From Candidatus Levyibacteriota bacterium (GTDB lineage Bacteria; Patescibacteriota; Microgenomatia; Levybacterales; UBA12049), in NCBI GenBank assembly GCA_029260905.1, contig JAJDCH010000003.1, positions 1,553-65,552 of the forward strand: DNA of 64,000 nucleotides. Reading direction: 5' to 3'. This document shows positions 36,874 through 47,415 of this stretch, piece after piece. The notes under the pieces are model-generated. The model searched no databases, was not told where the DNA came from, and saw nothing but the letters and a program-made list of their open reading frames with translations. Numbering within the stretch: position 1 is the stretch's first letter; each line of letters starts with the position of its first letter. Both the position numbers and the translations under genes were made by a program.

Positions 36874-37449
36874 TTATTTTTTGTAAATCCAGAGATCCAT
36901 TCCTGATTTTTTCCCCAGAACATCTTTATTTTTTAATTCATCTTTTAGCCAATCGATGTATTCAATCGGAACATGAGAGTATGCAAGGCAGGTAAGCTCA
37001 GGGCTATTATAACGCTCTTGAATTATTTTTTGTTCAACACTAGTTAGTGCTATGCTTGTTGCATACCCACCAAGATGATACATAACAGCCTCAGCCATTT
37101 CTTTATCTTCTTTTAGAACTGGTAGTAAAATATTTACTTTTTTATCTTGTTTTTTTACATCAGCGCTTGTAAATTGTAGAGCATCGATCAGCACCTCTCC
37201 TAAGCTACTGCCTGTTGAAACTTTAACAAGCACCTCATCATCGTATCGTATTATTCCCCATTTTCCTGATTTAACCTCAAGTTTGTAGATTTTTTTGTTT
37301 TCAAATGTATAAAAACAGGTTGCATAGTTTAGTTCACGCACAAGTGAAAGTTCATCTCTCTCACAAAACGCAATAATTTTTGGGAAGCTTCCTGTTGAGA
37401 AATGGTCTTCGTTTACAACTTTGGGGCATAAGCCATGTTCTTGATCCAT
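36874..37449 (-). CDS. Hypothetical protein
   Basis: 191-aa ORF with no recognised motif. Confidence 0.6.
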   Translation of the reverse strand: MDQEHGLCPKVVNEDHFSTGSFPKIIAFCERDELSLVRELNYATCFYTFENKKIYKLEVKSGKWGIIRYDDEVLVKVSTGSSLGEVLIDALQFTSADVKKQDKKVNILLPVLKEDKEMAEAVMYHLGGYATSIALTSVEQKIIQERYNSPELTCLAYSHVPIEYIDWLKDELKNKDVLGKKSGMDLWIYKK

Positions 37450-37570
37450 AAAATATAATTTACAAGAAAGAGGTTACAAATGCAATCATTTTTGATTAAA
37501 GATGGGTTTATGTTTTACTGCTTACCTTTTTCTTACGGTATTAGAATGTATTAATAGTTATAATGAATTT

Positions 37571-37939
37571 ATGGCATCAGAAGATAAGTTAAGAATTGAA
37601 GATATTAAAAAAGGAGAAGGAGTTGAGGTTAAGGAAGGGGACTTGGCGGTAATACACTACACTGGATGGCTTACAGATCCTGAAGACCCAGATGGAAAAA
37701 CAGGTTTAAAAGGCAAGAAGTTTGATAGTTCACATGATAGAGACGAACCATTTGAGGTAAGAATTGGAGCAGGTTATGTGATAAAAGGTTGGGATATGGG
37801 CGTGCCTGGTATGAAGGTGGGAGGAAAAAGGAAGCTGATTATTCCACCTGATCTTGGCTATGGAAGGTATGGAGTAGATCCTGATATTCCAGGGAATGCA
37901 ATTTTGATTTTTGAAGTAGAGTTGGTGGATGTAAAGTAG
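37571..37939 (+). CDS. FKBP-type peptidyl-prolyl isomerase (cytoplasmic)
   Basis: HYTGWL...FDSS...VIKGWDMGVPGMKVGGKRKLIIPPDLGYG...IPGNAILIFEVEL; start 37571 follows TATAAT. Confidence 0.95.
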   Translation: MASEDKLRIEDIKKGEGVEVKEGDLAVIHYTGWLTDPEDPDGKTGLKGKKFDSSHDRDEPFEVRIGAGYVIKGWDMGVPGMKVGGKRKLIIPPDLGYGRYGVDPDIPGNAILIFEVELVDVK

Positions 37940-37945
37940 AGGATT

Positions 37946-38617
37946 CTAGAAAAGGGTTTCTTTAGGTTCTTCATCTTCATCGGGTGGGCTGTTCTCAAAA
38001 GTCATTTTATAATAAACTTTTTTCGTTAGCTCTACATCTTTCATACAGTATTTACAGATTTCATCAATCCGACCTTCTTTAAAATATGGCCATACCATTG
38101 ATCCATCCATTTCATCTTTTGAGGTAGGAAGTCCCAATACTTTTGCTAGCGTATCTAATTTTTGAGTTTTGCCAAAATTCCACAAATCCCACTCACACAT
38201 AGTGTCATAAATCGGGGTATTGCGGTATCTAGCAAAGTTGAGCATTCTTGGTTTTACACCATTTATAATTGATCTTTTGTAAATAAAAGGCAAGTCAAAT
38301 GCCCAAATGTTATGTCCGATGAAGCGATCAACATTGCTTGATATTTCCCAAAAATCTTCAAGTTGCTTTTTTTCGCCCCCCCTTAATACTTCTTTTTGCA
38401 GTATTTCTGAATCTGTTTCTTTTATCAAGCCGATGCAACAAATTCTTCCAAATGTTCCTTCAAAGGATGTTCCTTCATGAAGCGACTTTTCAGATTTTTG
38501 ACTTGTTTGCCCTGAGGCTGTTGAACGAGAATTTTTCTCTTTGAGGATTTTTTGGTAAATTTCCCAATCGTCCTCAGATGAGGGAAGGGTTTCGATGTCA
38601 AAGAATAGTTTTATCAT
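37946..38617 (-). CDS. Stand-alone 3'-5' exonuclease related to the PolB exonuclease domain (DEDDy, RNase H-like)
   Basis: FFDIETLP (ExoI), GHNIWAFDLPF (ExoII), YCMKDV (ExoIII). Confidence 0.88.
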   Translation of the reverse strand: MIKLFFDIETLPSSEDDWEIYQKILKEKNSRSTASGQTSQKSEKSLHEGTSFEGTFGRICCIGLIKETDSEILQKEVLRGGEKKQLEDFWEISSNVDRFIGHNIWAFDLPFIYKRSIINGVKPRMLNFARYRNTPIYDTMCEWDLWNFGKTQKLDTLAKVLGLPTSKDEMDGSMVWPYFKEGRIDEICKYCMKDVELTKKVYYKMTFENSPPDEDEEPKETLF

Positions 38618-38660
38618 TCAGGTAATTGTACTAAATATTTTCACTTTTACAAAGTTTGCA

Positions 38661-39266
38661 TTAAGGAGTGGGTTTTGGGCTTGGTTGAATATCGCTACCT
38701 GCTGGGTTGTAAGAGAACTTTCTTGTTAAGGTGATCTGCTCACCCGTTACTGTGCTTTTTACTCTTAGATCAAGAATCACATCTCCTGAAGGCAAATCAT
38801 AAAGAGCAACCGATCTATCATCATAGCTTGACCATTTTCCTTTGTTTATTCTGTACGACCAAACAGATGCGCAGTAATCTTTTCCGCCTTCATCAATTTC
38901 AACAAAAACAGGGCTCTCAGTTATTTTTTCTCCTTCTTCAGGAGAGCTGATATCAACAGGACCCACCTCTTCTATGCAGGGAGCATCAGTTAGAGATAAT
39001 TTATCTGATTGATTATCTGGTGTTTCATTACTGTTTGATGTTGCAGGTTTTTCAATTATCCTTTCAAGGATATTGGTTGAAGGGATTTGTTCATTTTCTT
39101 TACTTGATTTAAGATTGTTGTAGTTGACAAGAATAATTGTTAGAAACATGGGAATCGAAAGAACTACAGCAAGAAATTCGAGATAATGTTTTTTTCTCGG
39201 AAGAATACGGTAAGATGTAAGAAATTTTTTCGTCCCTCTTTTAATTTTGTTTATAAAGCTTTGCAT
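38661..39266 (-). CDS. Hypothetical single-TM protein with an extracellular beta-rich (Ig-like) domain
   Basis: TM near the N-terminus; ISSPEEGE...WSYRINKGKWS...LPSG...LRVKS. Confidence 0.65.
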   Translation of the reverse strand: MQSFINKIKRGTKKFLTSYRILPRKKHYLEFLAVVLSIPMFLTIILVNYNNLKSSKENEQIPSTNILERIIEKPATSNSNETPDNQSDKLSLTDAPCIEEVGPVDISSPEEGEKITESPVFVEIDEGGKDYCASVWSYRINKGKWSSYDDRSVALYDLPSGDVILDLRVKSTVTGEQITLTRKFSYNPAGSDIQPSPKPTP

Positions 39267-39335
39267 AATATTGCCTTGATTTAAGATTCTAACAAATAAT
39301 AGAAGATTTGCAAGAGAATAGGTATAATAAGTGTC

Positions 39336-40298
39336 ATGAAAAATTTTTGGAGAGATCTGCCACGACCATTTACATCTCTTGCTCCTCTTGATGGTGTAAC
39401 TGATGTTGTTTTTAGAAATATTGTAACAGAAACAGGAAAGCCTGATGTACTATTTACAGAATTTACAGCAGTTGATGGGCTTTTGTCGAATGGTTCAGAG
39501 AGAGTTTCGGAAAGATTGATGCTTGAAGAATCTCAAAAACCAATTGTTGCACAAATCTGGGGAACAGATCCAGACAAGTTTTATGTGGTTGCAAAAAAAA
39601 TAAGTAAAAATGGTTTTGCAGGCATTGATATAAATATGGGTTGTCCTGAAAGAACTATCATAAAGCAAGGCGCCTGTTCAGCGCTGATAAAAAGTCCCAT
39701 GCTTGCCAAAGAAATCATAAAAGCAACTATTAAAGGCGCAGGAGATTTGCCAGTTAGCGTAAAAACAAGAATCGGATTTTCAAGTATTGATATTTTGTGG
39801 ATTAAACATTTGTTATCTTTGAAATTGCCAGCGCTTACTTTTCATCTTAGAACAGTGAGTGAGATGTCGAAAGTTCCTGCTCATTGGGACATGATGAGTG
39901 AGGTAATCAAATTACGTAATGCTATTTCACCAGAAACCATTATTATTGGCAATGGGGACGTTTTGAACCTATCTGAGATTTATGAAAAATATAAAAAATA
40001 CGGCTGTGAGGGATTTATGGTGGGACGGGGTATATTTATAAATCCGTGGATGTTCAATAAGACTGTTGATATGAAGAAGATAACTGTTCTGCAAAGAATT
40101 GACCTTTATCTTCATCATATAGATCTTTTTGAAAAACAGTGGGGGACAAGGCGAAATTTTGCTTTACTTAAGAAATTTGCCAAAACCTATCTCAGTAATT
40201 TTCCTGGGGCATCAGAAGTGAGGGATGATCTTATGATTTCAAAAAAAATTGAGGAACTCAAAGAGAAGCTGAATGAATATAGAAAACTGAATTCATAA
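39336..40298 (+). CDS. dus: tRNA-dihydrouridine synthase
   Basis: LAPLDGVTD, IDINMGCP, PVSVKTRIG, IGNGDV, MVGRG. Confidence 0.94.
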   Translation: MKNFWRDLPRPFTSLAPLDGVTDVVFRNIVTETGKPDVLFTEFTAVDGLLSNGSERVSERLMLEESQKPIVAQIWGTDPDKFYVVAKKISKNGFAGIDINMGCPERTIIKQGACSALIKSPMLAKEIIKATIKGAGDLPVSVKTRIGFSSIDILWIKHLLSLKLPALTFHLRTVSEMSKVPAHWDMMSEVIKLRNAISPETIIIGNGDVLNLSEIYEKYKKYGCEGFMVGRGIFINPWMFNKTVDMKKITVLQRIDLYLHHIDLFEKQWGTRRNFALLKKFAKTYLSNFPGASEVRDDLMISKKIEELKEKLNEYRKLNS

Positions 40299-40318
40299 AA
40301 CCATCCTTAAATACTCCT

Positions 40319-40504
40319 TCAATTATTTATAGGTTCAGACTTCTCATTTTTTCCTGTTGTTTCATTTTTCTTGCCCTCAGCAAATGGTTCACCTTTCATA
40401 GTGCAGACTTCTGCCCCGCATTTTGTTAGACCATTATTGTATTTTTCCTCAGACACAACTGCCTGACAGGTACCGAGACAAACATATGTTTTGTTATTTT
40501 CCAT
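40319..40504 (-). CDS. Small Cys-containing protein (putative metal-binding)
   Basis: 61 aa, YVCLGTC...CGAEVC; strong SD AGGAGGTG about 5 nt before ATG. Confidence 0.72.
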   Translation of the reverse strand: MENNKTYVCLGTCQAVVSEEKYNNGLTKCGAEVCTMKGEPFAEGKKNETTGKNEKSEPINN

Positions 40505-40517
40505 AAAATCACCTCCT

Positions 40518-40979
40518 TTATTTTATTTCAATCAGCTCAACATCAAAAATAAGAGTAGAGTTGGCAGGTATATCTCCATTTTGTTGTGTTCCATATCCAA
40601 GTTCAGGTGGAATGGATAGAGTTCTTTTCCCTCCAACCTTCATGCCGACAACTCCGATATCCCATCCGGGTATGACTTGGCCAACGCCTATTATTGTTTG
40701 GAATGGTTCGCCTCTGTCATATGATGAATCAAATTTAGTTTTATCAGTCAGCCTGCCTTCATAATGAATGAGTATAGTATCACCTGATTTTACCTCAGGC
40801 CCTGCCCCCTCCAGAGTATCTTTAATTTCTAGATTATCAGGAATTTTTGTTTCTGTTTTTTCAGTTGCTACTTCGTTTATGGAATTGTTTGGTTTGCTTT
40901 TAGATCCGAAGATGAAGTAGAAAAATACTGCCAAGATCACAAGACCTATTATAAGTACATTACTTGTCTGCTTTGACAT
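40518..40979 (-). CDS. Membrane-anchored FKBP-type peptidyl-prolyl isomerase
   Basis: N-terminal TM; HYEGRL..FDSS..VIPGWDIGVVGMKVGGKRTLSIPPELGYG. Confidence 0.95.
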   Translation of the reverse strand: MSKQTSNVLIIGLVILAVFFYFIFGSKSKPNNSINEVATEKTETKIPDNLEIKDTLEGAGPEVKSGDTILIHYEGRLTDKTKFDSSYDRGEPFQTIIGVGQVIPGWDIGVVGMKVGGKRTLSIPPELGYGTQQNGDIPANSTLIFDVELIEIK

Positions 40980-41134
40980 GTTTATATACTACAACTTTTA
41001 GAAAAGTTTTAAAAGCTTAAAAATCAGTTTATAGAAGTATTTACTTTGTATAAATGAGTATTAGTTTGTCTCCCTTGACTTATGATTCAATTAAGTGTCA
41101 GACTTAACCTACATAGTGAAAGGAGGTGATTTAC

Positions 41135-41335
41135 ATGAAGGCATTACACATGATTGCATTTATCTTAGTTGTTGCAGGAGGCCTTAATTGGGGTCTTATC
41201 GGATTTTTCAACTACAATTTAGTTGCTGAAGTTCTAGGTGGAGTTGAGACAGTTGTCTATATGCTTGTTGGACTTTCAACAGTTTATATAGCATTTACAC
41301 ACAAAACAGATTGCAAAGTCTGCGGCGGAAAGTAA
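41135..41335 (+). CDS. DUF378 family small membrane protein
   Basis: LVVAGGLNWGLIGFFNYNLV...VYMLVGLS; SD GAAAGGAGGTG; C-terminal CKVC. Confidence 0.9.
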   Translation: MKALHMIAFILVVAGGLNWGLIGFFNYNLVAEVLGGVETVVYMLVGLSTVYIAFTHKTDCKVCGGK

Positions 41336-41396
41336 ATAAGTGTTTTATAGAGTAAGAAGTTGGTAGAGTTTTAAGAGTTGGCGATTGTTTAGTCGT

Positions 41397-42071
41397 TTAT
41401 TGATTTTTTGGTAAAAAGTTCTTGAACAAGAGAAGTATTGCCAGATCTAAAATAAGTGGTGCTGCAAGAAATATGCTTGCCTGTTTAAATACTTCCAAAA
41501 TTTCAGGTTTATTTAAAAAAGCCTGAATGGTAAATGAAGAAATTTTTATCCCTGCAAAATATAAGACAATAAATACAAATAACATCACCAAAACAAGCGG
41601 AAAAACACCCTCCATGTCTTTTTTACTTGAAAACATAGTATTTCCTATTTCAAAAACTGCATAAATTAGAATTAGTAAATAAAGAGGATTACTAAGCATA
41701 TTATTTGAAACAGCTATTGAGAAGAGCCAAATAATTAGTGATGTACCGATTGTGAATGGAGCGATACCAATAAGAAATCTCCTGATTGGATCTGTTTTAC
41801 CAATTTGGACACTTCCCATTTTTACCTCATCCCCATCTATTTTGGGAATTAACTCCATTTCGCCAATTGGCACCATTAGTATGAGTGCCATGAGAAGATG
41901 ACTCGCTTCGTGGATAAATGTTCCAGGAAGAAAAAGAAAAGAAAGAAGAGCGATTGTTATTTTTTTGCTTTTGGTAAGTGAATAAAGCCAGAGCGAGATC
42001 CGTCTTGTCAGGCTTCTTGATAAAAAAAACAGAGCTAAAAGTTCAATTAGAAAAATGAAAGCATAGAACAT
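41397..42071 (-). CDS. Membrane protein with HExxH (M50-like metallopeptidase)
   Basis: FLPGTFIHEASH...GSV...LIGIAP...SSKKD; multiple TMs. Confidence 0.72.
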   Translation of the reverse strand: MFYAFIFLIELLALFFLSRSLTRRISLWLYSLTKSKKITIALLSFLFLPGTFIHEASHLLMALILMVPIGEMELIPKIDGDEVKMGSVQIGKTDPIRRFLIGIAPFTIGTSLIIWLFSIAVSNNMLSNPLYLLILIYAVFEIGNTMFSSKKDMEGVFPLVLVMLFVFIVLYFAGIKISSFTIQAFLNKPEILEVFKQASIFLAAPLILDLAILLLFKNFLPKNQ

Positions 42072-42186
42072 GTATTTATATTAGCAATTTCAAGCGTTAA
42101 ATAACCAGCTTAGAATTTTATTGAGGCTAATTTACCTCTTGCAAAGCATTATCAATTTGTTCTATGATAGAAAAAGAGAAATAGAT

Positions 42187-42828
42187 ATGCCCAAAAAAAC
42201 ACTTGCCCTTATAGTTGGTTTGGTTCTAGTTACAGTAGTACTTTTTGTATTTGCATTAAGAGCTAGCAACACCTCAGATCAAACAGCAATTCAGCCAACC
42301 CCAGCAGGTGAGGCTCCAGCTCCTACTTCAGCAGCTAAATCCATACTTACGCTTTCTCCAAATCCTGTTACGGTAGGTTCTGGTCAAAGTGGTCAAGTTA
42401 GCGTTGAGATCAATACCGACTCCAATGAGGTAACTGGTGTTCAATTGGAAATTTCATATGATCCAGGTCTGATATCAAATGTAAAAGTTACCCCAGGCGT
42501 TCTTCTTCCAAACGCAGCAGTTCTTTTTGACAACAATAATTCACAAACAGGTAACTATACATATGCGTTAGGCATTACGCCAAATAGCCCTACAATTCAA
42601 GGAACAGGAAGTGTAGCTGTGATTACATTTACTGCAAGAGGAATTGCAGGATCGCAATCACAGATTGAACTTCTCCCAACAACTCTGATATCTGCAAAGG
42701 GAGTACGAGATTCTGTTTTGAAGCAGTCATCTGGGGCAACGGTTATAATTAATGCTGCATCTACAACAAATACAGGTTCAGGTTCAGGAACATTTGTGGA
42801 AACAGCTCCTCCAGTAGTCGCTCAATAA
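42187..42828 (+). CDS. Cohesin-domain-containing membrane-anchored protein
   Basis: N-terminal TM; VSVEINT..NEVTGVQLEISYDP...GTGSVAVITF cohesin pattern. Confidence 0.8.
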   Translation: MPKKTLALIVGLVLVTVVLFVFALRASNTSDQTAIQPTPAGEAPAPTSAAKSILTLSPNPVTVGSGQSGQVSVEINTDSNEVTGVQLEISYDPGLISNVKVTPGVLLPNAAVLFDNNNSQTGNYTYALGITPNSPTIQGTGSVAVITFTARGIAGSQSQIELLPTTLISAKGVRDSVLKQSSGATVIINAASTTNTGSGSGTFVETAPPVVAQ

Positions 42829-42887
42829 ATTCTGCGGTTTTGATTAAATCCTTGATAGTTACTCTTTGTTATTCTATAATCTTTTAA

Positions 42888-43817
42888 ATGTTTATTATTA
42901 CGGGGTCAATTGCTTATGATTACATAATGGGTTTCCCAGGTAGCTTTTCAGACCATATCCTTCCAGAAAACGGAAAAAATATAAATATCTCATTTGTAGC
43001 AGACAAGTTTGCAAGACGTAGGGGAGGAACTGCAGGAAATGTTAGCTATACTCTTGGACTTCTTCAGACTCCTCATCTTTTATATTCTTATGCTGGTTCA
43101 GACTTTACTGATTATAGAAAAGATTTTGAAAAGCTAGGGATTGATTTAAGTGGAGTGAGGATAGATGAATCAGAAAGCACAGCTCTTGGGTTTGCAATGA
43201 GTGATAAAAGACAGAATCAAATTTGGGGATTTTACTATGGTGCTGCAAACAAGAACAAAACTCTTAAATTATCAAGAGTAGCAAAAAAAAATGACCTGGT
43301 TCTAATCGGACCTCAAGGAGCTGATGCGTCAATGAGCCTTGTTAGGCAATGTATTGATCTTGAAATAGCATATATGTTTGATCCAGGATTTATCCTTACA
43401 CAAGTAACAGATAAGGATCTTGAGGATGGTTTGGAGCATGCTTCATATATCATTGGCAACAGTTATGAAATAGAAGTTATGAAAAAAAGAGTTAGCAGAT
43501 TCGTTGTTTTTGAAAAGCAAGCTGTTGTTATTGAGACAAGAGGCAAAGATGGAGCCTTTGTAAACGACATGGGAAAAACCCACAAGATAAAACCAGTTAG
43601 AGTAAAGGCTATCTCAACTGTTGGCGCAGGAGATGCATGGAGAAGTGGTTTTCTTGCAGGAATCCAAAAAGGCTTTGATATTTTGACTTGTTCTGAAATG
43701 GGATCAGTTGCTGGATCATTTGCTGTTGAAAAGGTAGGAACTCAGGAGCATGAATTTAGCAAAAAAGAGTTTGCAAAGCGCTATAAAGATACGTATAATA
43801 AAGAATTAGTACTCTAA
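42888..43817 (+). CDS. PfkB-family carbohydrate kinase, adenosine kinase-like
   Basis: [35 protein letters not shown]; adjacent to ahcY. Confidence 0.88.
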   Translation: MFIITGSIAYDYIMGFPGSFSDHILPENGKNINISFVADKFARRRGGTAGNVSYTLGLLQTPHLLYSYAGSDFTDYRKDFEKLGIDLSGVRIDESESTALGFAMSDKRQNQIWGFYYGAANKNKTLKLSRVAKKNDLVLIGPQGADASMSLVRQCIDLEIAYMFDPGFILTQVTDKDLEDGLEHASYIIGNSYEIEVMKKRVSRFVVFEKQAVVIETRGKDGAFVNDMGKTHKIKPVRVKAISTVGAGDAWRSGFLAGIQKGFDILTCSEMGSVAGSFAVEKVGTQEHEFSKKEFAKRYKDTYNKELVL

Positions 43818-43828
43818 GCGCAAATTAT

Positions 43829-45100
43829 ATGAAGAATAATTTAAAATACGATGTTAAGGATTTAAAATTAGCAGGTGAAGGAAAGTTAAAAATCGAATGG
43901 GCAGGCAGGCAAATGCAGGTTTTAGAGAAGATCAAGACTCGCTTCAAAAAAGAAAAACCTCTAAAAGGACTGACGCTGGCAGCATGCCTCCACATCACAT
44001 CAGAAACTGCTAATTTGTTGATAGCTCTTAAAGAGGGAGGCGCAACAGTTGTTGCGAACGCATCAAATCCTCTTTCTACACAAGACGTAGTCGCTGCATC
44101 TCTTGTCAAAGATTATGACATTCCTACCTTTGCGGTACGCGGTGAGGACAACAAGACATATTTTCAGCATTTAAATGCAGTTCTTGATGCCAAGCCGAAT
44201 ATCACAATGGATGATGGGGGAGATCTTATTTATGCGCTTCATACCAAAAGATCAGAGCTTCTGAAAAATATCATTGGATCTAGCGAGGAAACAACAACAG
44301 GCGTGATCCGTCTTAAGGCTATGGAAAAAGAAGGCGCTCTCAAACTTCCCGTTATTGCAGTTAATGATTCAGATACCAAGCATCTTTTTGACAATCGTTA
44401 TGGAACGGGACAATCAACAATAGATGGTTTGCTTCGCGCAACAAATATACTTATAGCAGGTAAAACATTTGTGGTCGGAGGATATGGTTGGTGTAGTCGT
44501 GGGATTGCTATGCGGGCAAAAGGAATGGGTGCAGATGTGATAGTAACTGAGGTTGATCCTATCCGCGCGCTTGAAGCAGCAATGGATGGGTTTCGCGTGA
44601 TGACGATGAAGGATGCAACTAAGTTTGGTGATATTTTTGTCTCGGCAACAGGGGATAAGCACGTGATATCACTTGATGTTGTAAAGCTCATGAAAGACGG
44701 CGCGATTGTTGCCAACTCAGGACATTTTGATGTGGAGATAGATATGGCTGGCATTGAAAAGTTAAAAACCAAAAAGAGAAGAGTCAGAAACAATCTGGAT
44801 GAATATACTTTTCCAAATGGAAAAAAGATTTTTGTGGCTGGTGAGGGACGTTTGGTTAACTTGGCAGCAGCAGAAGGTCATCCAGCAGAGGTGATGGATA
44901 TGTCCTTTGCCAATCAGGCGCTTGCTGCAGAGTATTTGGTTGACAACAAAGGAAAGTTGAAAAATAAAGTCTACACCTTGCCAAGAGACTTAGATGTAAA
45001 TGTCGCAAAGATCAAGCTTGATGCAATGGGAATAAGTATTGATAAATTAACTAAAGAACAAAGCAAATACCTCTCATCCTGGGACGAAGGAACCTCATAG
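43829..45100 (+). CDS. ahcY: Adenosylhomocysteinase (SAH hydrolase)
   Basis: [55 protein letters not shown]. Confidence 0.98.
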   Translation: MKNNLKYDVKDLKLAGEGKLKIEWAGRQMQVLEKIKTRFKKEKPLKGLTLAACLHITSETANLLIALKEGGATVVANASNPLSTQDVVAASLVKDYDIPTFAVRGEDNKTYFQHLNAVLDAKPNITMDDGGDLIYALHTKRSELLKNIIGSSEETTTGVIRLKAMEKEGALKLPVIAVNDSDTKHLFDNRYGTGQSTIDGLLRATNILIAGKTFVVGGYGWCSRGIAMRAKGMGADVIVTEVDPIRALEAAMDGFRVMTMKDATKFGDIFVSATGDKHVISLDVVKLMKDGAIVANSGHFDVEIDMAGIEKLKTKKRRVRNNLDEYTFPNGKKIFVAGEGRLVNLAAAEGHPAEVMDMSFANQALAAEYLVDNKGKLKNKVYTLPRDLDVNVAKIKLDAMGISIDKLTKEQSKYLSSWDEGTS

Positions 45101-45277
45101 ATTCTCACAACAATAAATAATAGAAATCTTTTTTTTACTGTTCCATTACAAGTATACATGTATATCTGCACCAAGAGGATTTTTATTCAATAATATTCGG
45201 AATTATCTGGTAATATTTGGCAAAATTAGAAAATTATAATTTGAAGTTAAGATTCGTAGATGTAAAATGTGACGAGG

Positions 45278-46372
45278 TTATTTGTTTTCTTCTTCAGACT
45301 CTTCACCACCGACCATGATTGGCGCAGGTCTTCCGTCTTTGTTCTGAGCCATTATTTTTGCAATAATTTCTTTTGAGAGACTTGAATTTTCTTTCAGCTT
45401 TTGCATTGTTGCCAGCTTGCCTTGACCAAGCATCTCGTCATTGTAGCGATAAAATGCGCCTGCTTTTTGGATAATATCCATCTCAACCGCCACATCAACT
45501 ATTCCTCCCTCTCTTGAAATACCAGTTCCTGAGACGTCAAATTCTGCTAGGCGGAAAGGTGAAGCAATTTTGTTTTTTACAATCTTAACACGATGTCGTG
45601 AACCAACAACCTTATCACCATCTTTAAGCGTCTCTATTTTTCTGATATCCATTCTGATAGATGCATAAAATTTCAGTGCTTGACCACCTGTTGTTGTCTC
45701 AGGATTGCCAAACATTACACCAATTTTTTGTCTGAGCTGGTTGGTAAATATGACAACAGTTTTTGATTTTGAAATAACACCTGTCAATTTTCGAAGAGCT
45801 TGTGACATAAGACGCGCCTGAAGACCCATGACTGAATCACCCATATCTCCTTCTATCTCAGCTCTTGGCACAAGGGCTGCAACTGAGTCGATAACCAATA
45901 CGTCGATTCCGCCTGATCTTACTAAGCTTTCTGTAATTTCAAGCGCCTGCTCACCTGTATCTGGCTGAGATATTAATAATTCATCAAGTTTTACTCCAAG
46001 TTTTTCAGCCCACAGCGGGTCAAGAGCGTGTTCTGCGTCAATAAATGCAGCAACGCCGCCATGTTTTTGCGCCTGTGCAATAGTTGATAAACAAACAGTT
46101 GTTTTTCCTGATGCCTCAGGTCCATAGATTTCAATAATCCTACCACGGGGAAGTCCACCTGCGCCAAGCGCCAGATCAAGAGGAAGACAGCCTGTTGATA
46201 TAACCGAAATATCAAATTTTTGACCTGATTCACCAAAACGCATTATAGATCCTTTGCCGTACTGTTTTTCGATTTGATCCATTGCCATGCGGATTGATTC
46301 GAGCTTTTGCTTGTTGTCAGTTTGTTCCTGAACGGGGGTTGAGGTTTTTGAATTAGCTTGTGTTTTCGCCAT
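45278..46372 (-). CDS. recA: Recombinase RecA
   Basis: [53 protein letters not shown]. Confidence 0.99.
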   Translation of the reverse strand: MAKTQANSKTSTPVQEQTDNKQKLESIRMAMDQIEKQYGKGSIMRFGESGQKFDISVISTGCLPLDLALGAGGLPRGRIIEIYGPEASGKTTVCLSTIAQAQKHGGVAAFIDAEHALDPLWAEKLGVKLDELLISQPDTGEQALEITESLVRSGGIDVLVIDSVAALVPRAEIEGDMGDSVMGLQARLMSQALRKLTGVISKSKTVVIFTNQLRQKIGVMFGNPETTTGGQALKFYASIRMDIRKIETLKDGDKVVGSRHRVKIVKNKIASPFRLAEFDVSGTGISREGGIVDVAVEMDIIQKAGAFYRYNDEMLGQGKLATMQKLKENSSLSKEIIAKIMAQNKDGRPAPIMVGGEESEEENK

Positions 46373-46425
46373 AATTGATTAACATTATAATAGCAAGGTT
46401 CTATGATAAAATACAAGTAGCAAAA

Positions 46426-46496
46426 CGGGGTGTAGTTTAACGGTAGAATGAGCGGCTGGGGGCCGTTTGATTGGAGTTCGACTCTCCGCACCCCGA
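46426..46496 (+). tRNA. tRNA-Pro (GGG)
   Basis: Acceptor CGGGGTG/CACCCCG, anticodon arm AGCGG-CTGGGGG-CCGTT, T arm TGGAG-TTCGACT-CTCCG; CCA not encoded. Confidence 0.92.
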
Positions 46497-46502
46497 CACA
46501 AA

Positions 46503-46748
46503 TTATTCTCCCAAGTATTCAAATCTTGGTGTTTGCTTTCCATCAACAGTTACATTTTCTAAAAACATCTCAATAGGTCTGATCCAGAAATGATTTTTGT
46601 CATCCTCAAGATGGCGGTAAGTAACTAGTTCCTCAAGTGTCTCGCTGTGATTTGCAACACCAAGGACTATCACGTCAGCTCCTTTGCAGTGCCTGTATCT
46701 GCCAAGTTTTAAATTATTTGCTTTTTCAGATAATTTATTGTTGATCAT
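46503..46748 (-). CDS. DUF1653 family protein
   Basis: GRYRHCKG...VANHSETLEELVTY...WIRPIEMFLE...PRFEY. Confidence 0.9.
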   Translation of the reverse strand: MINNKLSEKANNLKLGRYRHCKGADVIVLGVANHSETLEELVTYRHLEDDKNHFWIRPIEMFLENVTVDGKQTPRFEYLGE

Positions 46749-46813
46749 GATTTGATAATATCACAACTTGGATTATTTGTAGTATTGAGTTATTATTTAA
46801 TCGCAGCTCAATC

Positions 46814-47290
46814 ATGGATGATTTTAAGAAATATTTGGATAAGGCATATTTTTTCCTCAAGTTCAGACCAAGATCTGAAAAAGAGCTTCAGGATTATTTA
46901 GTCAAAAAGAAGGCGCCCAAGGAGATTATTGAAAAGATAATTACGAGTTTAAAAGAGCAGAAATTCTTGGATGATAAAGAGTTTGCGAAGTGGTTTATGG
47001 AGCAAAGGTTGAGATTCAAGCCCAAAGCTATGCGATTAATTAAGTATGAATTAAAACAAAAAGGAATAAATAAAGAGATTGTTGATGAATTAGGAATTAT
47101 GAATAATGAATTGGGGCAAGTTAGTGATTTTGAATCTGCAGAAAAATTGGTTGAGAGAAAAATTGATAAATATAAAAATCTGGATAAAAAAGAGATATAC
47201 CAGAAGCTTGGTGGGTATCTTGCAAGACGCGGATTTAACTGGGACATAATCAAAAAAAGCATTGACTCTATTTTGGCAAAAAGAGTATAA
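46814..47290 (+). CDS. recX: Regulatory protein RecX
   Basis: FLKFRPRSEKEL, LDDKEFA, ELKQKGI, YLARRGF. Confidence 0.92.
   Translation: MDDFKKYLDKAYFFLKFRPRSEKELQDYLVKKKAPKEIIEKIITSLKEQKFLDDKEFAKWFMEQRLRFKPKAMRLIKYELKQKGINKEIVDELGIMNNELGQVSDFESAEKLVERKIDKYKNLDKKEIYQKLGGYLARRGFNWDIIKKSIDSILAKRV
47085..47112 (+). repeat. Heptamer tract inside recX
   Basis: ATGAATT AGGAATT ATGAATA ATGAATT (DELGIMNNEL). Confidence 0.7.
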
Positions 47291-47291
47291 T
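47262..47291 (+). promoter_or_regulatory. sigma70 promoter of rny, inside the recX 3' end
   Basis: TTGACT-18 nt-TATAAT. Confidence 0.6.
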
Positions 47292-47415
47292 GACATCAGC
47301 AATAGAAGTTTTCTATGAAGCAAGCAATTTTTAACTTCATAATTTTTGTTTAAACGGCAAGTGATTGCCTATCTTCTTTTGCTCTTAATACTTTAATTTA
47401 ATTTTTAATATATAT

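Noticed and set aside
41349-41396. 9-nt periodic tract (AGTTGGTAG AGTTTTAAG AGTTGGCGA), with similar weak tracts at 15476-15500 and 41000-41025
   Set aside because: Too degenerate to support alone; may belong to the periodic-repeat family but needs a statistical test.
45101-45277. AT-rich 177-nt convergent spacer with palindrome TATACATGTATA as oriC, dif or an sRNA
   Set aside because: No DnaA boxes or Xer-type arms recognised and only weak periodicity.
46426-46813. tRNA-Pro as an integration site for a genomic island
   Set aside because: No duplicated tRNA 3' end and no integrase found in the window.
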